A DNA stretch of 64,000 nt, taken from contig JBAWZH010000001.1 in assembly GCA_037143135.1 (NCBI GenBank), positions 9,553-73,552 on the forward strand, written 5' to 3'. The stretch's first letter is position 1. Each line of letters opens with the position of its first letter. Positions 28,575 through 36,789 of this stretch are shown piece by piece. This DNA comes from a bacterium (GTDB lineage Bacteria > Verrucomicrobiota > Kiritimatiellia > CAIKKV01 > CAITUY01). The notes below the pieces were generated by a model. The model saw only the letters and a program-made list of their open reading frames with translations, was not told where the DNA came from and did not search any database. The translations under genes were made by a program, and so were the position numbers.

Positions 28575-28754
28575 ATGGATGACCGATGGTTCTCTGTTGA
28601 AGACATAGCTGCATATCTGGGAGTCAAAAAAGACACCATCTATAAATGGGTGCGCCTTAAGGCAATGCCAGCTCACAAGGTAGGGCGGTTGGTGAAATTC
28701 AAGGTCACAGAAGTTGACCAGTGGATTAGGTCAGGCAAGGCTAGACAACAATAA
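28575..28754 (+). CDS. HTH_17 (excisionase/AlpA-like) DNA-binding protein
   Basis: FSVEDIAAYLGVKKDTIYKWVRLKAMPAHKVGRLVKF. ATG at 28575 has AAAGGGGGG upstream; the tool start at 28515 is probably too early. Confidence 0.5.
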   Translation: MDDRWFSVEDIAAYLGVKKDTIYKWVRLKAMPAHKVGRLVKFKVTEVDQWIRSGKARQQ

Positions 28755-28757
28755 TGT

Positions 28758-31622
28758 ATGAAGATTACCGACTACCATGCCAAATACTACGCTTGTGAGT
28801 TGACCAAACGGTGTCCATCCGACAGCGTTGAGAAACTTGCGGCTTCGCTGGTTGATGCCCAGGTCGATCTGAACCCCCATCAAGTTGAAGCGGCCCTCTT
28901 TGCGTTCAAATCCCCATTTTCAACCGGGGCAATTCTCGCCGATGAAGTGGGCTTGGGTAAAACCATTGAAGCGGGACTCGTTCTGTCCCAGATATGGGCT
29001 GAAAAGAAACGCAAGATACTCATCGTTGTCCCATCAAGCTTGCGTAAACAATGGAACCAGGAACTCGCTGAAAAGTTCTTTCTTCCCTCCGAAATCCTGG
29101 AATCCAAGCCATTCAATGATTACGTCAAGGCCGGGCATCCGAATCCATTCCAGCAAGACAAGATCGTTATCTGTTCCTATCATTTCGCCCGGAACAAGGC
29201 AGATTACGCCGGTAAGGTTAGTTGGGATCTTGTGATTTTCGATGAAGCGCATCGTTTGCGCAACGTATATAAGCCGGAAAACAAGATAGCAAGGACCCTC
29301 AAAGAATCGCTAGGTCATTGCCCGAAATTGCTTCTAACAGCCACCCCTCTCCAAAACTCTTTGCTGGAGCTCTATGGGCTTGTGAGTTTCATTGATGAAT
29401 ACAGTTTCGGTGATCTGAAAAGTTTCAAGAATCAGTATGCTCGGATCAATACGCAGGAGACGTTTATCGAACTCAAAGCCCGCCTTGCGCCGATCTGTAA
29501 GAGAACCTTGCGACGGCAAGTCCTTGAGTATGTCAAATATACGAACCGCATTCCCATAACCCAAGAGTTTGTGCCGACGAAGGACGAAGAAAGACTTTAC
29601 GATCTCGTCTCCGACTACTTGCAGAGGCCTAATCTTCAGGCGCTCCCAGCCAGTCAACGTTCTCTTATGACGCTGGTGCTCCGCAAACTGCTTGCTTCCT
29701 CTACATTTGCAATTGCAGGGGCTTTGAACACGCTCATACACCGCCTCGAAGCCCGCATGAAGAACTCCAAAGTCGTTGATGCCAGCGCAGAGTTGTCCAT
29801 TGACTTTGAGGGGCTGGACGAAATCAAAGATGAATGGAATGACGAAGATAGTGATGCTGATGGGCCTGAGCAGATTACCAAAGAGGATGCGGATGCCATT
29901 GCGCAGGAGATCAGGGAACTTAAGGATTTCAGGATGTTGGCTGAATCCATTGCTCAGAATGCCAAAGGGAAAGCCCTCATCAAGGCTTTGAAAGCGGGAT
30001 TTGATAAGGCCACGACCCTTGGCGCAAGCAAAAAGGCTGTGATATTCACCGAATCCTGCCGCACCCAGGAATACCTGATTCGCCTCCTTTCCAATACCGA
30101 GTATGCGAATGGTATTGTGTTATTCAATGGCCAGAATAATCATCCGCAAGCCAAGCAGATTTATGGCGAGTGGCTCAAGAAGCATGAAGGCACCGATTTA
30201 ATCACGGGTTCAAGGACCGCCGATCTTCGCGCGTCTCTCATTGATAATTTCCGCGACGATGCACAGATCCTCATTGCGACTGAAGCCGCGGCAGAAGGTA
30301 TAAACCTGCAATTCTGTTCCCTAGTCGTGAATTATGATCTGCCATGGAATCCCCAACGCATTGAACAGCGCATTGGCCGTTGTCACCGATACGGGCAGAA
30401 ACATGATGTAGTTGTCGTCAATTTCCTGAATAAGAAGAATGCCGCCGATCAGCGGGTTTACCAGCTACTTGCCGAGAAGTTTCAGTTGTTTAGCGGCGTA
30501 TTCGGTGCCAGCGACGAAGTTCTGGGCAGTATTGAGTCCGGCGTGGATTTTGAAAAGCGTATTGTGGCCATCTATCAGACCTGCCGAACACCGGAGGAAA
30601 TTGAGGCCTCATTCGACCTTCTTCAGAAAGAGCTTTCTGGTCAAATTGATGAGACCATGAAAGTCACCCGGCAGCAGCTTCTGGATAACTTTGACGAAGA
30701 AGTCCATGAGAAGCTTCGGGTGAACCTGCAAGCCAGCAAGGATTACTTGAATCGGTATGAATCGCTTCTCTGGCGCCTCACATCACATGCCCTTACTAAC
30801 TTTGCGAAAATAGATGATTCAGCGTTAACATTTGACCTAACGGCCAATCCTTTCCCAACAAATAGCATTCCCTTAGGCCATTATCGCTTTGGCAGAGAGG
30901 TGGCTGATGCGCATCATTATCGGTTTGCCCACCCTCTTGCTCAACAGATCCTGCACGATTCCAAGGGTCTGAAACTACCGGCCGCAGAGGTTTGTTTCGA
31001 CTACTCTGCAAATCAGGCGCAGATCACGGCGATCATGCCTTTATTGAAGAAATCCGGGTGGATACGGCTTTGTCAGCTCACAGTCTCGTCATTTGAGGCC
31101 GCCGATTACCTTCTGTGGGCCGGGATCACAGATGATGGGGCGGCGCTCTCCGATGAACAATGCAAAAGACTATTCAACCTCCCTGCCGTTTCTGGGAAAA
31201 CTTGCTATTCAGCGCCTTCCGAGGATTCTTCCCTGAATAGCATTCTTAAGGGGGGTGAGAAGTCTATTCTCCAGAGCAATGCAGAGCGTGACGCTGGATT
31301 GTTTGACGCAGAAATGGGTAAGCTCGAACATTGGTCTGAAGACATGAAGACCAGCTTGGAAATCAAATTGAAGCAATTGGATATGGACATCAAAATGCGC
31401 AAAGCCGAAGCGCGTAAGATCACCAACCTTGAAGATAAGGTCAAAGCCCACCGCGAAATTAAAGACCTTGAGAAATCCCGTAACGATATGCGTCTCAACC
31501 TCTACCAAGCTCAGGATGACGTAGAGAACCAGAAAGAACGTTTGATAGAAAAGATTGAGGCAAGACTGAAGCAAAACGTAAATAAAACCGACATCTTTAC
31601 CATTCGCTGGAGGGTAGTATGA
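28758..31622 (+). CDS. SNF2-family helicase
   Basis: ILADEVGLGKTIEAG (motif I), DEAHRLRN (motif II), LIATEAAAEGINLQ...NYDLPWNPQRIEQRIGRCHRYGQK (motifs V and VI). Confidence 0.8.
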   Translation: MKITDYHAKYYACELTKRCPSDSVEKLAASLVDAQVDLNPHQVEAALFAFKSPFSTGAILADEVGLGKTIEAGLVLSQIWAEKKRKILIVVPSSLRKQWNQELAEKFFLPSEILESKPFNDYVKAGHPNPFQQDKIVICSYHFARNKADYAGKVSWDLVIFDEAHRLRNVYKPENKIARTLKESLGHCPKLLLTATPLQNSLLELYGLVSFIDEYSFGDLKSFKNQYARINTQETFIELKARLAPICKRTLRRQVLEYVKYTNRIPITQEFVPTKDEERLYDLVSDYLQRPNLQALPASQRSLMTLVLRKLLASSTFAIAGALNTLIHRLEARMKNSKVVDASAELSIDFEGLDEIKDEWNDEDSDADGPEQITKEDADAIAQEIRELKDFRMLAESIAQNAKGKALIKALKAGFDKATTLGASKKAVIFTESCRTQEYLIRLLSNTEYANGIVLFNGQNNHPQAKQIYGEWLKKHEGTDLITGSRTADLRASLIDNFRDDAQILIATEAAAEGINLQFCSLVVNYDLPWNPQRIEQRIGRCHRYGQKHDVVVVNFLNKKNAADQRVYQLLAEKFQLFSGVFGASDEVLGSIESGVDFEKRIVAIYQTCRTPEEIEASFDLLQKELSGQIDETMKVTRQQLLDNFDEEVHEKLRVNLQASKDYLNRYESLLWRLTSHALTNFAKIDDSALTFDLTANPFPTNSIPLGHYRFGREVADAHHYRFAHPLAQQILHDSKGLKLPAAEVCFDYSANQAQITAIMPLLKKSGWIRLCQLTVSSFEAADYLLWAGITDDGAALSDEQCKRLFNLPAVSGKTCYSAPSEDSSLNSILKGGEKSILQSNAERDAGLFDAEMGKLEHWSEDMKTSLEIKLKQLDMDIKMRKAEARKITNLEDKVKAHREIKDLEKSRNDMRLNLYQAQDDVENQKERLIEKIEARLKQNVNKTDIFTIRWRVV

Positions 31623-31719
31623 GTGAGCCGAACATCATCTGTCCAAAGTGCAAGGCGGAAATCAGGCTGTCCGAATCAATATGCTATTGTTTGCATTTTC
31701 GTTATGGAGAACCACTGAA

Positions 31720-33009
31720 ATGACCGTCATGAAATCTACAACTCACGACCCGCGCGAACACATTCGCGGCATTCACCAGATATTAATCTCCGACAAGAAA
31801 CGCATAGGCTTTCTTTTTGGAGCAGGCACTTCATTTGCAACGGGACTTGCCACAGTCAACGTGCCCACCATCGCGAAGATGACAGAATTGATCGTCTCCG
31901 AGTTGAAGAAACTCCCTCCTCCGATACCTAACGCCATAGACGAAATAGAGAAAGAAATTGGCGCCGACCATTTCACTGTTGAGTCGCTCCTATCAACAAT
32001 CGAAGCGAAGCGAGCCGTGATCGCATCTGGAAAACTGAATGGTCTCACAGCCGAGAAATTCTCAGAACTCTCAAAGGCTATGAAGAGTCATGTGAAAACA
32101 TTGGTATCAATTCACAGTGCCATTAAACCCGACGAGACTCGAAACCTTTCACACTTCAAGCTTGCGAGTTGGGTGTCAAAGGCGAGGCGAAGCTTTCCCG
32201 CCGAGTTATTCACAACAAACTATGACTACCTTTTCGAAATTGCACTAGAAACTCTGGGCATTCCCTACTTTGATGGATTCTCTGGAAGTTATGAACCCTT
32301 CTTTTGTCCAGAAGCTGTAGAAGACATTAAATGTTACCCTCAGCTCGTGAAGTTATGGAAACTTCACGGATCACTGGGTTGGATATACCGTGACGCAGAT
32401 AAGTCTGTGCGCAGAATCAACTCAGCAACGGATGACGACATTCTTATCTATCCATCACACCTCAAATACAACACCTCAAAGAAGCAGCCTTACGTCGGTC
32501 TAATTGATCGTTTGTGCGACTTCCTCCAACAAGACGACTCCGTCTTAATCACTTGCGGATATTCTTTCGGCGACAATCACATAAACGAACGCATTGGGAC
32601 ATCATTGAGACGCGGTGCCAATTCGCAGGTTATTGCCATGTACTACGACGAAGTATGCTGCAAAAATAATGAGCGCGAGTATGCATTGGCGAAGCCTGAC
32701 AATCATGTGCGAAGCATGGCAACGCACGAGACAGGTGGGAAAATGTCAGCATATGGAATGCGTCACGCGGTGATTGGTGGTAAATTCGGGGAATGGCAAC
32801 TGCGCGATGAGCCAAGAGCAGATGAAGCGATTCGTGTCAGCCAATACTTTGATGAGGACGCATCGATTCCGTCAGATAATGCTGGCGAGCAAACAGGTAA
32901 TGAAAGATGGGAAGGAACAGGCCGTTTCATTCTGCCGGATTTCTGCAAGCTCGCCGAATTCCTAAATTCTCTTTCAACGAGCGAGCAGAGCTTCGCGCCG
33001 GTGCAGTAA
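31720..33009 (+). CDS. SIR2-family (DHS-like NAD-binding) protein of a SIR2-HerA pair
   Basis: FLFGAGTSFATGL (SIR2 GAGxS motif), WKLHGSLGW, ITCGYSFGDNHINE. ATG at 31720 with GGAGA 9 nt upstream. Confidence 0.65.
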   Translation: MTVMKSTTHDPREHIRGIHQILISDKKRIGFLFGAGTSFATGLATVNVPTIAKMTELIVSELKKLPPPIPNAIDEIEKEIGADHFTVESLLSTIEAKRAVIASGKLNGLTAEKFSELSKAMKSHVKTLVSIHSAIKPDETRNLSHFKLASWVSKARRSFPAELFTTNYDYLFEIALETLGIPYFDGFSGSYEPFFCPEAVEDIKCYPQLVKLWKLHGSLGWIYRDADKSVRRINSATDDDILIYPSHLKYNTSKKQPYVGLIDRLCDFLQQDDSVLITCGYSFGDNHINERIGTSLRRGANSQVIAMYYDEVCCKNNEREYALAKPDNHVRSMATHETGGKMSAYGMRHAVIGGKFGEWQLRDEPRADEAIRVSQYFDEDASIPSDNAGEQTGNERWEGTGRFILPDFCKLAEFLNSLSTSEQSFAPVQ

Positions 33010-33011
33010 CC

Positions 33012-34784
33012 ATGAAACACAATCCCACACTCATTGGTGAAGTCGAGAGCGTCAGCGGAAATGTGGTATCCGTAAGAATGTCGCAATCGTATCCGTCGAA
33101 TATGCCTATTGTCGATGGTACGGTTTATCGTATCGGTCAAATCGGTTCGTTTCTTAAAATTCCTTTGGGCTATGCCAATCTCTATGGAATCATAACGCAA
33201 GCGGGTGTCTTGGCCATGCCAGAGACCCTTGCGCAGGCATACAGGGATAACCCTTCACTCGCCGATGCACACCGATGGCTGAGAATGATCCTCATCGGTG
33301 AGCAAGTGGGATCGTCCTTTGAGAGAGGAGTGTTACAATCGCCAACGTCTGGCGATCAGGTTCATTTGGTCACAAATGAAGATCTTCGTATCGTTTACGG
33401 TGGATATCATTCTGAATCTTCCATTGTGGTTGGCAACCAGAGTGCTTCTGAGGGTCTGGCGGCTCAGTTTGACCTCGATAAGCTGCTCTCACGTCATTGC
33501 GCGATCCTTGGGGCAACCGGAAGTGGAAAATCAAACGCAGTCAGTGTCATAATAAGAGCAATTTCAGAAAAACCTTTCAAAAGTGCTCGCATATTGATGA
33601 TTGACCCACACGGCGAGTATGCAAATGCTCTTAGAGACAAGTGCCGAGTATTCAAAGTTGGAGCGGTGAATGCCAACGCTGAATTCGAGCTTTGCGTTCC
33701 GTATTGGGCTTTGCCCTTCAAAGAGCTTCTTTCAATATTTCCTGGCAAATTAAATGACCAGAATGAGGACTATGTTCGCGGTAAAGTCTTGGAAAAGAAA
33801 AGGGCTTCTGCAAAGAAGATTACTAATCTTCGGGAAGAAGCAATAACGGCCGACAGTCCAATTCCCTTTTCACTTAAACAGCTCTGGTATGAACTTGACG
33901 AGTTCGAAAGAATGACGCTGAAGGCTGACCGAGTGACACCAGAGAACAAGACGCCGGGTGATGCCGACAAGCTTGCGTCCTGCCAGTATCCTGTCGCAGG
34001 TCTTGGCTCGTCCGCGCCGTTCTTAAACAACAAGGCGAAAGGCATATTAGGGTTCTTGGATGGTATGCGTTCGCGCATGTTGGATCAACGATACGGCTTC
34101 CTGTTTGACCCTGCCGGATACAGCCCGAATCTTAAAGGCGAAATATCCAACGACCTTCCGGAACTCCTGGCAAGCTGGTTTTCCCACGGCGCGCCGATTT
34201 CTATTCTTGATCTGTCTGACGTGCCCGCTTCAATTACGCAAGAAATTTCAGGTTCAATTCTGAAGTTGATCTACGATGCACTGTTTTGGGGGCAGGAAAC
34301 GCCTGTTGGTGGCAAGAGACAACCCTTGCTCGTCGTGCTGGATGAGGCTCACGCCTATCTCAAGGCTGGAGAGGACTCTATCTCCTCTCGGACAGTACAG
34401 GCAATTGCCAAGGAAGGACGGAAACACGGAGTTGGACTCTTGTTAGTGACACAGCGGCCATCTGAACTAGATGAAACCGTGCTAAGCCAATGTGGCTCGG
34501 TTGTGGCTCTTCGCATGACGAACTCGAATGACAAGGGGCATGTGTCTGCTGCAATGCAAGATGAACTGCGCGAAATGGCGGACGTGCTTTCAAGTTTACG
34601 CACTGGAGAGGCGATAGTCAGTGGAGAAATGGTTCGAATTCCGTCTCGAATCAAGTTCTTTCAATCCACTAAATCAACGAAGAGTGCAGATCCAGTTGCA
34701 TCAAAACTATGGTCGAAGGACGCGCCAAATGGTACGGAATATGAAACCTCTATCCGAAAATGGAGAAATCAGTCATTCAATTAG
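33012..34784 (+). CDS. herA: HerA-family (FtsK-like) ATPase of a SIR2-HerA pair
   Basis: N-terminal HAS-barrel (LIGEVESVSGNVVSVRM...GTVYRIGQIGSFLKIP). Walker A ILGATGSGKSN, Walker B LLVVLDEAH, and VGLLLVTQRPSELD. The start is 3 nt after the SIR2 stop. Confidence 0.75.
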   Translation: MKHNPTLIGEVESVSGNVVSVRMSQSYPSNMPIVDGTVYRIGQIGSFLKIPLGYANLYGIITQAGVLAMPETLAQAYRDNPSLADAHRWLRMILIGEQVGSSFERGVLQSPTSGDQVHLVTNEDLRIVYGGYHSESSIVVGNQSASEGLAAQFDLDKLLSRHCAILGATGSGKSNAVSVIIRAISEKPFKSARILMIDPHGEYANALRDKCRVFKVGAVNANAEFELCVPYWALPFKELLSIFPGKLNDQNEDYVRGKVLEKKRASAKKITNLREEAITADSPIPFSLKQLWYELDEFERMTLKADRVTPENKTPGDADKLASCQYPVAGLGSSAPFLNNKAKGILGFLDGMRSRMLDQRYGFLFDPAGYSPNLKGEISNDLPELLASWFSHGAPISILDLSDVPASITQEISGSILKLIYDALFWGQETPVGGKRQPLLVVLDEAHAYLKAGEDSISSRTVQAIAKEGRKHGVGLLLVTQRPSELDETVLSQCGSVVALRMTNSNDKGHVSAAMQDELREMADVLSSLRTGEAIVSGEMVRIPSRIKFFQSTKSTKSADPVASKLWSKDAPNGTEYETSIRKWRNQSFN

Positions 34785-34795
34785 GGAGAATTCAA

Positions 34796-35017
34796 ATGTC
34801 TATGCCCGAAATGCAACCTGTATCGTCTTCAAATATTACAGCAATTGGATACGATGTTGAGAATCAAGTCGTCTACGTGCAATTCCTGAACGGTTCAACA
34901 TATGCCTATAAAGGAGTTCCAGAGCACGAGTTTGAGAACCTAAAAACAGCGTCATCTATCGGATCATATCTGAATCGAAACTTCAAAAATGTTTATCCGT
35001 ACGAACGAGCATCCTAA
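34796..35017 (+). CDS. KTSC-domain protein
   Basis: VVYVQFLNGSTYAYKGVPEHEFENLKTASSIGSYLNRNFKN matches the KTSC pattern (Y.Y.gVp...f..l..A.S.G.y.n). GGGAG RBS 7 nt upstream. Confidence 0.5.
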   Translation: MSMPEMQPVSSSNITAIGYDVENQVVYVQFLNGSTYAYKGVPEHEFENLKTASSIGSYLNRNFKNVYPYERAS

Positions 35018-35061
35018 TTTATCGGACAAGACTGCTGTCGCAAGGTGGCAAGGATTTAGCA

Positions 35062-36789
35062 ATGAGTAACAAACCCAAACTTGAACTGACGTGGATTGGC
35101 AAGGACAAGCAGCCACAACTTGAGCCGCGGATTCTGATTGAGGATGCGGGTAAATCATATGGCGACAGGAATGCCGGCAACATGCTTATCCACGCCGACA
35201 ATCTTCTCGCGGTCAAGGCGCTGGAACAGGATTTCGCGGGAAAGATTAAATGCGAATTCATTGATCCGCCATACAATACCGGCTCGGCATTTTCGCACTA
35301 TGATGACGGAGTGGAACATTCCATCTGGTTATCGCTAATGCGAGATCGGCTTGTGTTGCTAAGGAGGTTGCTTTCGAATGATGGATCTCTCTGGATCACC
35401 ATTGATGACACTGAGTGCCACTATCTGAAGGTGCTTTGCGATGAAGTGTTTGGCCGGCAGAATTTTGTAGCAAACTGTGTTTGGCAGAAGAAATCATCCC
35501 CACAACCGAATGCAGTTTGGCTGTCCGATAGTCACGATCACATTCTTGTCTATGCGAAGAATAAAAGCATCTGGCGCCCCGGCCGGTTAGAGCGCACGGA
35601 AGAGCACAATTCGATCTATAAACATTCAGATGAGTGGGACGGCGTAGCAAAAGATGGCAAAAGTTATGGTCGCGGCACCTGGTTTCCGGGTGACGCAACC
35701 GCTAGTCTACGAGGTGGTCAGCGTGGCGCTCAATTTGCACGCACGGGATATTCAGCGAATGCGTACGAGATTACTACGCCTTCCGGACGCAAGATATCAC
35801 CACCCTCCGGCACGTGTTGGAGATTCAGCAAGGAACGTATGGTGGAAATGATTGCTGATCACCGTATTACTTTCGGCAAAGCCGGGAATAATCGCCCCTG
35901 CGTGAAGCGGTTCCTTTCTGAACTCGAAGGGAAAGGGGTAGTGCCAATGACGGTTTGGCATTATGAAGATGTTGGTGAAAATCGTGTTGCTGCTCAAGAA
36001 GTTAAGGAATTCAACCCTATAAACCCTTTTGCAACACCCAAGCCAGAAAGATTAATTCATAGAGTCATTTCCCTCGCTTCCAATCCCGGTGATCTTGTTC
36101 TTGATTCGTTCGGTGGTTCAGGCACAACGGGCGCAGTGGCGCACAAGATGGGTCGTAGATGGATCATGGTTGAGCTAGGTGAACAATGTGAAACGCATTG
36201 TCTTCCTAGGCTTAAAATGGTTTGTGATGGCACGGATCAAGGTGGCATTTCCGAGGATGTTGAATGGAAAGGTGGCGGTGGATTCAAATATTATGAGCTA
36301 GCGCCAAGCCTTCTCTCAAAAGATAAGTACGGAAACTGGGTTATTAGCGAAGGTTACAATGCTAATATGCTTGCAGCGGCCATGGCTAAACATGAGGGAT
36401 TCAAGTATTCGCCACACCCAGAGATTTATTGGAAGCACGGCAATTCTTCGGAAAAAGATTTCATATTCACGACGACAGCTTTCGTGCAAGCCGCATTCAT
36501 TGACAGTATTCACGAGGAAATGGCAAAAGATGAACACTTGCTGATTTGCTGTAAAAAGTATTCGTCCGCATGCAAGGGGCGATATCCAAATATAGAGATC
36601 AAAAAGATTCCATCGATGCTTCTTGGCCGATGTGAATTTGGGCGGGACGATTACAGCCTCAATATTGTCAATATGCCGGAAGATCCAGATGAGTCTGATT
36701 TCGTGCCAGTCGGCCCAACAAAAGTGAAGGCAAAAACCAAAGACAATCCTGCACAGCCGGGTCTTTTTGACAATGAGGAGGTCGAATGA
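35062..36789 (+). CDS. mod: Type III R-M modification methyltransferase (Mod), beta-class N6A/N4C MTase
   Basis: Motif IV IDPPYNTG precedes motif I SFGGSGTTGAVA (beta-class order). 575 aa. Confidence 0.8.
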   Translation: MSNKPKLELTWIGKDKQPQLEPRILIEDAGKSYGDRNAGNMLIHADNLLAVKALEQDFAGKIKCEFIDPPYNTGSAFSHYDDGVEHSIWLSLMRDRLVLLRRLLSNDGSLWITIDDTECHYLKVLCDEVFGRQNFVANCVWQKKSSPQPNAVWLSDSHDHILVYAKNKSIWRPGRLERTEEHNSIYKHSDEWDGVAKDGKSYGRGTWFPGDATASLRGGQRGAQFARTGYSANAYEITTPSGRKISPPSGTCWRFSKERMVEMIADHRITFGKAGNNRPCVKRFLSELEGKGVVPMTVWHYEDVGENRVAAQEVKEFNPINPFATPKPERLIHRVISLASNPGDLVLDSFGGSGTTGAVAHKMGRRWIMVELGEQCETHCLPRLKMVCDGTDQGGISEDVEWKGGGGFKYYELAPSLLSKDKYGNWVISEGYNANMLAAAMAKHEGFKYSPHPEIYWKHGNSSEKDFIFTTTAFVQAAFIDSIHEEMAKDEHLLICCKKYSSACKGRYPNIEIKKIPSMLLGRCEFGRDDYSLNIVNMPEDPDESDFVPVGPTKVKAKTKDNPAQPGLFDNEEVE

